Origin: Rhodospirillaceae bacterium
GTDB lineage: Bacteria; Pseudomonadota; Alphaproteobacteria; CACIAM-22H2
DNA length: 64,000 nt
Assembly: GCA_022843945.1 (NCBI GenBank)
Contig: JALHMR010000005.1
Location: 137,716-201,715, forward strand
Direction: 5' to 3'
Shown: positions 29,480 to 37,890 of the stretch, piece after piece
Layout of the letters: every line of letters begins with the position of its first letter
Numbering within the stretch: position 1 is the first letter of the stretch
Translations under genes and position numbers: made by a program
Notes under the pieces: generated by a model
Told to the model about the DNA's origin: nothing
Database searches by the model: none
What the model saw: only the letters and a program-made list of their open reading frames with translations

Positions 29480-29815
29480 ATGCCTACCCCCCATCGGCCC
29501 TCCCTCGCGGTACGCCGCACGCTGCGGAAGCTTGGCCGGGATCTACGCGACGCCCGCCGCCGTCGCCGACTCCCCGCCGAAGTCGTAGCGCAGCGAGCCT
29601 TCACCACCCGTCCGACGCTTCGGCGTATCGAGGCGGGCGACCACGGCGTCAGCATCGGCATCTACGCCGCCGCCCTGCATGCGCTGGGCCTGCTGGAAGG
29701 GCTGGGCCAGCTCGCGGATCCGTCCCGGGACAGCACGGGCCTGGCGCTGGCCTCTGAAAACTTGCCCCAACGCGCCCGTCTCCCGCGCGCAGGCACGGAT
29801 AACGATGCCCAATGA
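29480..29815 (+). CDS. HipB-like XRE-family HTH antitoxin (second module)
   Basis: LRKLGRDLRDARRRRRLPAEVVAQRAFTTRPTLRRIEAGD is an HTH_XRE motif. It overlaps the downstream hipA-like gene by 11 bp. Confidence 0.65.
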   Translation: MPTPHRPSLAVRRTLRKLGRDLRDARRRRRLPAEVVAQRAFTTRPTLRRIEAGDHGVSIGIYAAALHALGLLEGLGQLADPSRDSTGLALASENLPQRARLPRAGTDNDAQ

Positions 29816-31055
29816 CATCGAGGTCTTCATCGAGTTCTCCCCCGGCCTGAAACGTGTCGGCACCCTCCACCGATACCAACGCCAGGAGCGGGAGGCCGTC
29901 GGTTTCGAGTATCACCCGGCCTGGCTCGAGGAGCCGGAACAATTCTCCCTCGAGCCGGCGCTGACCCTGCATCGGGGCGCCTTTGTGCCGGCCGAGGGCC
30001 TGACCATCTTCGGCTCGATCGGCGATTCGGCACCCGACACATGGGGGCGAAGGCTCATGCAGCGGGCCGAGCGCCGGCGTGCCGAACGCGAAGGACGGAG
30101 GGTCAGGGCCCTGATGGAGGCGGACTACCTGCTGGGGGTATCCGATGTAGCCCGGCTGGGCGCGCTTCGCTTCCGGCGGGCCGGGGAGGAGCATTTCCAG
30201 GCGCAGGCAGACCAGGGTGTCCCGGGACTGATCGAGCTCCAGCGTCTGTTGGGAATCACCGAGCGGATCCTCAGGAACGAGGAGACGGACGAGGATATCC
30301 AGATGATCTTCGCGCCGGGCTCATCCCTCGGCGGATCCCGGCCCAAAGCCTCGGTGATCGATCGGGACGGGCATCTTGCTTTGGCGAAGTTCCCCAAAGA
30401 GAACGACGACTACAGCCTGGAGCTTTGGGAGGCCGTCGCGCTGCAACTGGCAGCTCGCGCCGGCATCAACACATCAGAGCATCGACTGATCGAAGCCGCC
30501 GGCAAGCCCGTCCTTCTCTCCCGACGCTTCGATCGGGCTCAAGGTACCCGAGTTCCCTTCCTCTCCGCCCTGTCCATGCTCGGCATGAAGGATGGGGACC
30601 GTGGCAGCTATCCCGACCTGGTCGATGTCTTGAGCCAGCACGGTGCGCAAGCGGCAGATGACGCCAGGGAGCTGTACCGTCGCATGGTCTTGAACGTTCT
30701 TATCTCGAACGTCGACGACCATTTGCGAAATCACGGCTTCCTATGGACGGGGCGCAAAGGATGGGCCCTCTCTCCGGTTTACGACCTGAACCCTGTTCCC
30801 ACTGACATCAAGTCCCGGATACTGACGACCAATATCAGCCCGGACGAAGGCACTTGCGATATGCGCCTCGTCTTGGACGCCGCAGAATATTTTTCCTTGG
30901 ACGGGGCTGCGGCAAAGGAAATCGTCAAAGAAGTCGCAGCCGCCACGGCAGAATGGCGAAACGTTGCAAGAAGTTTTAATGCGCCGCCTGCTGAAATCCG
31001 TCGCATGGAGAGCGCGTTCGAGCACGAGGATCTACAAAGAGCCTTGGCATTGTGA
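29805..31055 (+). CDS. HipA-like Ser/Thr kinase (second, divergent copy)
   Basis: FAPGSSLGGSRPKAS (P-loop-like/couple motif) and NVLISNVDDHLRNHGFL...SPVYDLNP (HipA_C catalytic motifs). Start trimmed to MPNDIEV; 416 aa. Confidence 0.8.
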   Translation: MPNDIEVFIEFSPGLKRVGTLHRYQRQEREAVGFEYHPAWLEEPEQFSLEPALTLHRGAFVPAEGLTIFGSIGDSAPDTWGRRLMQRAERRRAEREGRRVRALMEADYLLGVSDVARLGALRFRRAGEEHFQAQADQGVPGLIELQRLLGITERILRNEETDEDIQMIFAPGSSLGGSRPKASVIDRDGHLALAKFPKENDDYSLELWEAVALQLAARAGINTSEHRLIEAAGKPVLLSRRFDRAQGTRVPFLSALSMLGMKDGDRGSYPDLVDVLSQHGAQAADDARELYRRMVLNVLISNVDDHLRNHGFLWTGRKGWALSPVYDLNPVPTDIKSRILTTNISPDEGTCDMRLVLDAAEYFSLDGAAAKEIVKEVAAATAEWRNVARSFNAPPAEIRRMESAFEHEDLQRALAL

Positions 31056-31115
31056 GACCTAATATGCCTTGTGCTGCGCGTCGTTTGATTGATAGCGATG
31101 CTGTGACTGATAGCG

Positions 31116-31376
31116 GTGTATACTTCTCTCGCCATGGATAAGGCCACCCGCGAACAGATATTCGAGATCATCCGCGAGGAAGTCGCGAAGGATCGCGGCG
31201 TCATAGCAGCGGAGATCGGCCAGACGATACAGAAGCGTCTCAACATCCGGCTTTCAAACAATCAGTTGAATGCCTATCGAAAGCAGATTGGCCTAAACTC
31301 CCTCGCCCTATTTGAAGAGGATTTCCATAGGCAAGTTTCGGAAGCCGCAATGAGACTGTTTCCAAAGCGCCGCTGA
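31116..31376 (+). CDS. Small hypothetical protein (86 aa)
   Basis: Unique ORF with island codon usage and no motif; first of a 3-gene plus-strand group. Confidence 0.35.
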   Translation: MYTSLAMDKATREQIFEIIREEVAKDRGVIAAEIGQTIQKRLNIRLSNNQLNAYRKQIGLNSLALFEEDFHRQVSEAAMRLFPKRR

Positions 31377-31513
31377 CTTTCGCGGGATAGATATGCCATC
31401 TCAACGTTATCGGAACCCGGCATAAAGTCCTCCGATTACACTAAACCTGCCATTCTGGGACTTGGTGCGACTCGTGCGCTAGTACTAGCCTTAAGGCTCC
31501 ATAGGAGTCGAAA

Positions 31514-32113
31514 ATGAGCCGGGCCAGCGCCGAAACCTTGAACCAGTTCATGCAGCGCCGTGGCATAGCGCCGGTGGCGGGCGGAGCCGAAAACTTCCTG
31601 GCGAATTTCCGGCAGCACTTCACTGCGATCGAGCTCTGTCTCACGAACGGCTTGCGTACCCCGGCCCTGGTACTGATCTACTCAACGATCGACGCACTGG
31701 CCGGCGCTGCCAGACCGGCGCATGTGCCCTCTCAGACCCGACGCGATTTTATCGCCTGGGCCGAAGGCGACATGCGCTGCCGGGCGCGGCTCGATATCCG
31801 CGGCCTCGACCTCTATGCCGCGCGTTGCAGCGTCTTGCATGCTCACAGCCAGTCCTCGAATCTGTCGAATTCCGGCAAGGCCAAAGGTCTCATATATGCT
31901 TGGGGCGATCGTGACCCCGCACCCGCCAACGATCTCCTGCGGCAACTTCGTCTCGACAGCGAGGCGCACATGATTCGGATAGAAACGCTCTTCGACGCGC
32001 TGTGCAACGGGTTCGAGACGTTGTGCCAGCGTGCCGCTGAGGATGACGCTTTGTCGAGTCTCCTCGTCCACCGTGCGGGCAAGATCTTTGCCAACCGAGC
32101 CACTTTTCCCTGA
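31514..32113 (+). CDS. Hypothetical protein (199 aa)
   Basis: ORF 9 bp upstream of the T5orf172 gene; no recognisable motif. Confidence 0.4.
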   Translation: MSRASAETLNQFMQRRGIAPVAGGAENFLANFRQHFTAIELCLTNGLRTPALVLIYSTIDALAGAARPAHVPSQTRRDFIAWAEGDMRCRARLDIRGLDLYAARCSVLHAHSQSSNLSNSGKAKGLIYAWGDRDPAPANDLLRQLRLDSEAHMIRIETLFDALCNGFETLCQRAAEDDALSSLLVHRAGKIFANRATFP

Positions 32114-32122
32114 GGCCGGGTC

Positions 32123-33289
32123 ATGTTCGTTTATGTGGCCGCGGCGTCAGCCGAGGGCCCCTGCAAAATCGGATCGGCGATCGACCCTCACAGGCGTTTG
32201 CGTGCGCTGCAGACGGGAAGCGCCCGGTCGCTCTCCCTTTATATGGTCGAGCCAATCGGCATCACCGCCAAGCAGATCGAGCGAGCCGTGCACGAGATAT
32301 TGGCTAGCCGGCGCGCCGGCGGCGGCAAGGAGTGGTTCGATGTCGCTCCTGCCGAAGCCGCAGCGGCTGTCCGGGCGGCAGCCATAACCGCCAACTCATC
32401 GCTCGACGACAATCTCAGCCTTGATGAGTTGCAGACCAGGACCATCCTTGCCTGGGTGAAAGCCTATGAAGAGCTTCGGCAGCAGGCCGAAGAGGCCGAC
32501 GAGTACTATGAGGCTGAGGATCGAGAGCCGCCCTCTTTTCTGTCGTTGTTCGCCGCGACCCTCCGTCCGCAACACACCGGCCGCTTCGATTTCAACGACT
32601 ACCTCCTGTCGCTTTCGGATGGAATGTGGCTGCGCTGGGCGTTTGAACGGCTAGACAAACGTCTTCCCACCGGGCGAAAAATCGAGCCTTACATTGAAGC
32701 AGCCCAGTATCTCGAGGAGGATGCTGGGTGTCGCGAGAGAGTTGAGCCCCTGATCTGCTGGATCGAGTGGAGCGCTGCGCGCGAGCTGACCCATCGTGAA
32801 GCTCATCATTTCGCGTCTATCTGGGATGAGTTCGCGCCCCGTCACAACCGCATCGAGCGCTACGGTCCGCAATGGGCAACCTACGGCATCGATGACCATG
32901 TCGACGATGTGCATGTTCTCGCCCTTCGTGGGGATGAGCGCCGGGGTGACCGCGACCGCATACTGTTCGTCCATCAGGACTTCAGAGTGGTGCTGGTGCC
33001 TGAGAAGCGCATCGATCTCTGGGGTGATCGCGAGTGGCGCCTCAACCTCAACCCCCTGAAAGGTATCGCGGTCTCGGGCTTCGTCACGCCGATCCTGCGC
33101 AGCGGGGACTGGCGCATACCCTTCCGGCCCTGGCTGCGCGGTTCCCGCCAGCGCGTCGATCAGAGTCTGCACCGGTTCCTGGACAATCCGGCCAAGCGCT
33201 ATCCCGTACAACGCGCTTACGACGGAATTCAACCGCAGACCTGCGTGTGGTGCCAGCTGCCGTCAATCGACCAGAATGGCCATTACTGA
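32123..33289 (+). CDS. T5orf172/MUG113 (GIY-YIG-like) domain protein with about 290-aa C-terminal unknown domain
   Basis: N-terminal VYVAAASAEGPCKIGSAIDPHRRLRALQTGSA...KEWFD matches the T5orf172 pattern (YV....-KIG.T....R...LQT). The C-terminal region is Trp/Arg-rich and unassignable. Confidence 0.55.
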   Translation: MFVYVAAASAEGPCKIGSAIDPHRRLRALQTGSARSLSLYMVEPIGITAKQIERAVHEILASRRAGGGKEWFDVAPAEAAAAVRAAAITANSSLDDNLSLDELQTRTILAWVKAYEELRQQAEEADEYYEAEDREPPSFLSLFAATLRPQHTGRFDFNDYLLSLSDGMWLRWAFERLDKRLPTGRKIEPYIEAAQYLEEDAGCRERVEPLICWIEWSAARELTHREAHHFASIWDEFAPRHNRIERYGPQWATYGIDDHVDDVHVLALRGDERRGDRDRILFVHQDFRVVLVPEKRIDLWGDREWRLNLNPLKGIAVSGFVTPILRSGDWRIPFRPWLRGSRQRVDQSLHRFLDNPAKRYPVQRAYDGIQPQTCVWCQLPSIDQNGHY

Positions 33290-33570
33290 GGATCTGCACC
33301 TCGGGGGTTTCTGTCTCAGGCAGTAAGAGCGCCACAGCCCCTTCGAGCGCGCTCCAGATCACACGCAGCTCAGCCGATCTTCAGGGCTGAGCGGCCGCAC
33401 ATGGTGTGAGTCAGTCGCCGCTGCGCTCCTTCGTCGAATTCGCGGAGAGTCATGGGACAGACCGCGGAGATTGGCCGTCGCCCTTCGAGGATCTCGATGC
33501 GCTGAAGGGCCGGCATCTATCCCTCATAGGTGGCTGCAGGCTATGAAAGGCCGCTAGCTGTCTGCTGTGA

Positions 33571-34245
33571 TCAGCTACTCTGTCGACCGGCTGGGCCGAT
33601 ATGGCCGATGTATGGCATCCATTGAGCCAAGTCCACCAGACGCTGAATCTCCTTGGACCGTAGTATCGACAGAATGATCGATGCAATTTCATGATGGATG
33701 AGGTTCCGATCGTTCACCGCTAACGACAGACCAGCCATCCCTTCGTGCTCTAGACGCCAAAGCAGTTCGAACTTTTCCTTTTGCGACTTCTGCGCACGGC
33801 CCGCGGGGTCGTAGTGATTTCCACCCTTCGTATTAGCAATGAACTGGATCAGCGCGTGGCGCGATATCTTCATTCCCTTGAAGTAGATGCAGGGCGCTCG
33901 AAGGAAGTCGGGAAGATTGAAGCGCTTCGGCTCGAGATGCACATCGTCTCCCCATCCGGTCGAGATCGGAACGCCTGGCATGATTTCGGCCCCGCCGCAG
34001 AAGCCGACCGACTGAGACCCGGGAGGGGATGAAAAGGCCATTGCATCGACGACGATCGGCCCGCCAATTCCGGACGTTTTCCAGGCGCGTGCGAGATTCT
34101 CTTCCACCAGCAGGAACCGCAAAGAAGCAGCGGCTACGCGAAGTCTGTGCTCTCCCGCAGCCGGCGCGGCCGCATTCCGAAGCACAAGCAAATGCTCCAC
34201 ACTCATCTTGAGCAGATCTACTTCCTCTCTCGAAAAGATCTTCAT
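33571..34245 (-). CDS. Hypothetical protein (224 aa), downstream partner of the CoiA-DUF2384 gene
   Basis: Same strand, 83-bp gap after the 582-aa gene. No RES/Fic/HEPN motif detected. Confidence 0.4.
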   Translation of the reverse strand: MKIFSREEVDLLKMSVEHLLVLRNAAAPAAGEHRLRVAAASLRFLLVEENLARAWKTSGIGGPIVVDAMAFSSPPGSQSVGFCGGAEIMPGVPISTGWGDDVHLEPKRFNLPDFLRAPCIYFKGMKISRHALIQFIANTKGGNHYDPAGRAQKSQKEKFELLWRLEHEGMAGLSLAVNDRNLIHHEIASIILSILRSKEIQRLVDLAQWMPYIGHIGPAGRQSS

Positions 34246-34328
34246 GGAGCCGACCGCCAGCTTGTTACTAGGCTAAAACGTGTTCCTGGTGAAATTGTTG
34301 GGCGCGCAGGCATCGAACGCCACGCTCG

Positions 34329-36077
34329 TCAGTCACGAAACGGGCGGCCGACGGCGCTGTAAGCCTCGCAAAAGGCAGCATGATAGTTCCCGGTGCGCGC
34401 GCTTTCGACTGGTGACGACCCCCCAAGGGCCTCACAGGGTGTTTCGAGCCAACGATCAGAAAGCCCCAGCTGCGCTGCCACAGCCCGTATAGTCCTCTCG
34501 TGTAGCTGCGCTGCAAGGAGGGCAAGCTCCTCGTCCCGCTCCCTCTTTGCACGAGCCCGTTCCTCTGCCTCCCGCCTTCTGATCGTCAGTATCCGATCAA
34601 GTGGGAGGCCCATGAGATCGTCGACCGGCTCACCGCCCGGTACCAACATCGCTTGAAGCGCCGCCAGCTTGCGCAGCAGCTCGCCGTGAGCGATGCCGCG
34701 TTCGCAAAGCTGCCGTGGGGAGGGCCCAAGATTTTCACCGGCGGTATCGAACCATCTCCTTGGGTCAAAGCCGTTTCGATCAGCAGGATCAAGCTCATTG
34801 ATGATCGCGTCGCAACGGTCCAGCACTGCTGCGGCCCGCTCCTTGAATAACTGTTCGCTCAGCTGCCTCTGTTCTTCGTCAGACCAGACATCGTGGCTGA
34901 TACGCCGATGACCGCGGCCTGCTTTCTCCAGGATGCGTTTGCCTTCGAGGAAATCGACATAGGCCATCAGCACGTTGAACGGGGACACGAAATCCGGGAT
35001 CTCGCGCCGCACGGCGGCCTCGTCCGCATCGCTGATGAACCCGCTAAGTCCGCCCGCGATCAGATGATACAAGCGGGGATAATCGAAGGCATCCTTCAGC
35101 GTGAACGTGGACGAACGGCGTTCGCGCAGCGGGCCCATAACAAACCGATCTATGAGGAGCGCCTGCCAAACCGCTGGAGCGACGGTGAACGCGAAGTCTC
35201 CTTCGACCGCCGGGCCAACCAGGTTGCCAAAACGGCTGTTCCGGACATTCTCGAGGATACCGGCCAGTACAGGAGGAGGGGGCTGCCGGCGGTCGGCCGC
35301 GACTTTCGCCTCGGTCGTAGCCGCGACGAGCTTGGCGACCCGTCCCGCTTGCGCGCGCCGGCGTTCCTGGTCCGCGCGCTCCTGTATTTGACGCCGCCGC
35401 TCCGCCTGTTGCTTGAGCCTGCTCTCTGCAGCGGCAATCCTCGAATTGTATATCCATTCTCTCGGCGCCAGGCTATGCAGCGCCGCAGCGACGTCCGGGA
35501 TCGCGGCATTGCGTACCAGTCGCGAAAGATCGATCTCGACAGTGTCGAGATCCATTTCCGCAAGCCGCTTCTTCTTCTCACGCCCGCATTTGTGGGTGTA
35601 ATAGATCTCTATCAACAGATCCCGCCCGCCGACCGTCGCCATTACATCGGGGATGACTCCGTCGAGCCGCTCCTCGATCCGGACATTGATGAGAGTGACT
35701 TCGGCTTCTTCGGCGATGACTACCGATTGCTCGTCGCCAGATGCGACGAGAGCCGGAAGGAGCAAGACCGGGTGCTGTTCCAGAATCTGCTTGCCGAGAA
35801 GATGGACGATCGTCTGGGGACCGGTGCGGCAGTTCGTTCCCGGCGGATGCGCGAAATGATCCTGCTTCTCTTCGCCATGACGCGCGATGAGCGGCGATTT
35901 GCACGCAGGACAGATGCAGCCGCAGGCCGCGCCGTTCGGGACGGTCGACACATGCACGACCTCGCCGTTGCGCAGCGCGTAAGCCAGCTTGACGCCGTCG
36001 CCTGACCAACGGTTGCCCTCGAAAGCGCACTCCGAAACAGGTGGCGCGGTTAAGTGACTTTCGGTCGTCATTGGCAA
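34329..36077 (-). CDS. Fusion protein: N-terminal CoiA-like putative PD-(D/E)xK nuclease, C-terminal DUF2384 (Xre/MbcA/ParS antitoxin-type) domain
   Basis: N-terminus CGCICPACKSPLIARHGEEKQDHFAH (CoiA Zn-ribbon plus the HFAH hallmark) and ...DVMATVGGRDLLIEIYYTHK (nuclease-core-like). C-terminus RWLETPCEALGGSSPVESARTGNYHAAFCEAYSAV matches the W-L-x-T-P-x-x-A-L-G-G-x-x-P DUF2384 signature. Confidence 0.55.
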   Translation of the reverse strand: MPMTTESHLTAPPVSECAFEGNRWSGDGVKLAYALRNGEVVHVSTVPNGAACGCICPACKSPLIARHGEEKQDHFAHPPGTNCRTGPQTIVHLLGKQILEQHPVLLLPALVASGDEQSVVIAEEAEVTLINVRIEERLDGVIPDVMATVGGRDLLIEIYYTHKCGREKKKRLAEMDLDTVEIDLSRLVRNAAIPDVAAALHSLAPREWIYNSRIAAAESRLKQQAERRRQIQERADQERRRAQAGRVAKLVAATTEAKVAADRRQPPPPVLAGILENVRNSRFGNLVGPAVEGDFAFTVAPAVWQALLIDRFVMGPLRERRSSTFTLKDAFDYPRLYHLIAGGLSGFISDADEAAVRREIPDFVSPFNVLMAYVDFLEGKRILEKAGRGHRRISHDVWSDEEQRQLSEQLFKERAAAVLDRCDAIINELDPADRNGFDPRRWFDTAGENLGPSPRQLCERGIAHGELLRKLAALQAMLVPGGEPVDDLMGLPLDRILTIRRREAEERARAKRERDEELALLAAQLHERTIRAVAAQLGLSDRWLETPCEALGGSSPVESARTGNYHAAFCEAYSAVGRPFRD

Positions 36078-36410
36078 TCCGAGTCGGGAGGGCGGCTATT
36101 TTACCGTACCGACATGAATTCAGGCCTGGCCGCGGCGCTTGGGCGGCTATCCCCTACTGCTGGCTGGGGAATCCGGCACCGGCGTGCCACAGGAATGACA
36201 GTACCGCCTCGCGCGTTCTGTCTGAAGCGAGGGAAGTCTTCGCGACGGGGCCGGAATGTTGAATCGAGAAACGCCCGAAGTGCGTCGACGGTAGGGCCGA
36301 GGTTCGGCCATCGAGCCGATGGAAGAAATGTGGCCCGGAGGGCGTTGTAGTGCGGCCGCAACAACAAGGCCGAAACCTGCCCGTGAGCCTGGCCCGGGGG
36401 AGATGAAGTC

Positions 36411-37283
36411 ATGATGACCGTCACAATTAGCAGCATGGTCGTGGCGGAAATTGCGCCTGCGCATTCAGTTATCCTTCGCTCGCTTCTAGGTGCTTGCGAG
36501 CTGCAGTTTCCGTTGAAGATCCGGAACACGCAGAAGGAGGGCGACAAACGTTCAGCAATACTCACCGGCTTTCAGGTGACGGTTCAAGGTAATGCCGGCG
36601 GCGAGCAGCCGGTAGGCATTGCTCGGCCGGAAGTCCCTTTTCGAGTTATCCCTTCCCGTGCGGGAAGCACTCGGGACGTAAACTTTTCGGCGGTGATTCA
36701 GCCCAGCCAAGTGCTCGCCATCGAAAATCTACGCGATGGAGGCGACCTTACTTTCAAGCTCACGCTTTGCGGCGAAGGATGGGAGGAGGATTCTGAGCGT
36801 CACGATTATTGCAGCGGCAGCATGCGTGTCGGCCGATCGCATTGGATCGATCAGTTGAAGAATTCGCGGATGCTTGAGGTGCTGCTGATAGAAGTACCTA
36901 TGCCTGTCGTCGACTTGCCAAAGACAATGCAGAAGGTCCGCGACGACCTCCTCAAGGCTCAGAGATTCTTTCTGCTCGCGGATTACGTCGAGTGCGTTGC
37001 GACGTGCCGACATGTGCTCGATGAGATCGGGAACAAGGCTCACGGAAAGAACTGGTCTGGACCGCTGCTTAGCCGGCTCGCGAAGGATCGCGACGATCCC
37101 GAGAACGATCGAGAGAAAATGAAGAAAAGCGAACGGGAGGCGGCGGTTATGGCCTCCGTCCGCCACTACGCCCACCCGGCGCATCACGCCGAGAGCGATG
37201 GAGGAGAACACTATAGCCGGCCCGAGGCAAAACTCATCCTCTCGTTGACTGCGGCGATCTCAGCGCGAGCGCTGGAGCAATGA
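36411..37283 (+). CDS. Hypothetical protein (290 aa)
   Basis: Unique ORF divergent from the CoiA-like gene; no motif. Confidence 0.4.
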   Translation: MMTVTISSMVVAEIAPAHSVILRSLLGACELQFPLKIRNTQKEGDKRSAILTGFQVTVQGNAGGEQPVGIARPEVPFRVIPSRAGSTRDVNFSAVIQPSQVLAIENLRDGGDLTFKLTLCGEGWEEDSERHDYCSGSMRVGRSHWIDQLKNSRMLEVLLIEVPMPVVDLPKTMQKVRDDLLKAQRFFLLADYVECVATCRHVLDEIGNKAHGKNWSGPLLSRLAKDRDDPENDREKMKKSEREAAVMASVRHYAHPAHHAESDGGEHYSRPEAKLILSLTAAISARALEQ

Positions 37284-37302
37284 GTGCCGGAGTAGCGCCA
37301 TT

Positions 37303-37890
37303 TCACTCCGCAGTGGCCGGGAGCGAATCAACTCCAAGTTCGCGATGAAGTATTTCAATCACAGCAATCGCTTGCATGGTTACTTCATCGTGCTGCTGTC
37401 CTGCCAACAGCACTCCCTGTGCGGCGCTGCTGAACGCTACTGCATTTGCGCCGCGCTTGCCGTCCTCACCCGTAAGAGCACGATCAAAAGCAGTCAACGA
37501 ACTCATTGCAATGGCCGCCGACCCATCAGGATCAGTATTGAGCATGCGTTCAATGACCTCGAAGGCCGCCTCGGCGTCTTTCTTTAATCCTTGAAGCCGC
37601 TCCAGCTCGATCGGTAGCAACTCCCTGCCACTTAGTAGTGATTGCGCCGCATATAGGGTGACCATTGCGTTCTGCACGTCGCGTAGCTGCGCAAGTACTG
37701 CGGAGACATGCCAGTTTAGTTCCGGGAGGTCAGCGCGCCACCGGCTCTCAAACTCTAAATCCGGGAGAGCTGCGTACTTTGTGATTTGAATTGCCATCTG
37801 TGCCACGATGGATGAGCGCAGCAGCGGCACCACGACCAAAGCCGATGACGATTCGCAAACTCTCCTCAGTTCCTGAAGATGATGGTTCAC
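37303..37890 (-). CDS. Hypothetical protein (195 aa), translationally coupled to upstream NTPase
   Basis: Its start overlaps the NTPase stop by 4 bp; alpha-helical, no motif. Confidence 0.4.
   Translation of the reverse strand: MNHHLQELRRVCESSSALVVVPLLRSSIVAQMAIQITKYAALPDLEFESRWRADLPELNWHVSAVLAQLRDVQNAMVTLYAAQSLLSGRELLPIELERLQGLKKDAEAAFEVIERMLNTDPDGSAAIAMSSLTAFDRALTGEDGKRGANAVAFSSAAQGVLLAGQQHDEVTMQAIAVIEILHRELGVDSLPATAE

Noticed and set aside
33571-34245. RES-domain toxin expected downstream of the DUF2384-containing gene
   Set aside because: The 224-aa protein lacks the GRWN/GRFN box and the conserved R-E-S triad context of RES toxins. Left as a hypothetical partner.
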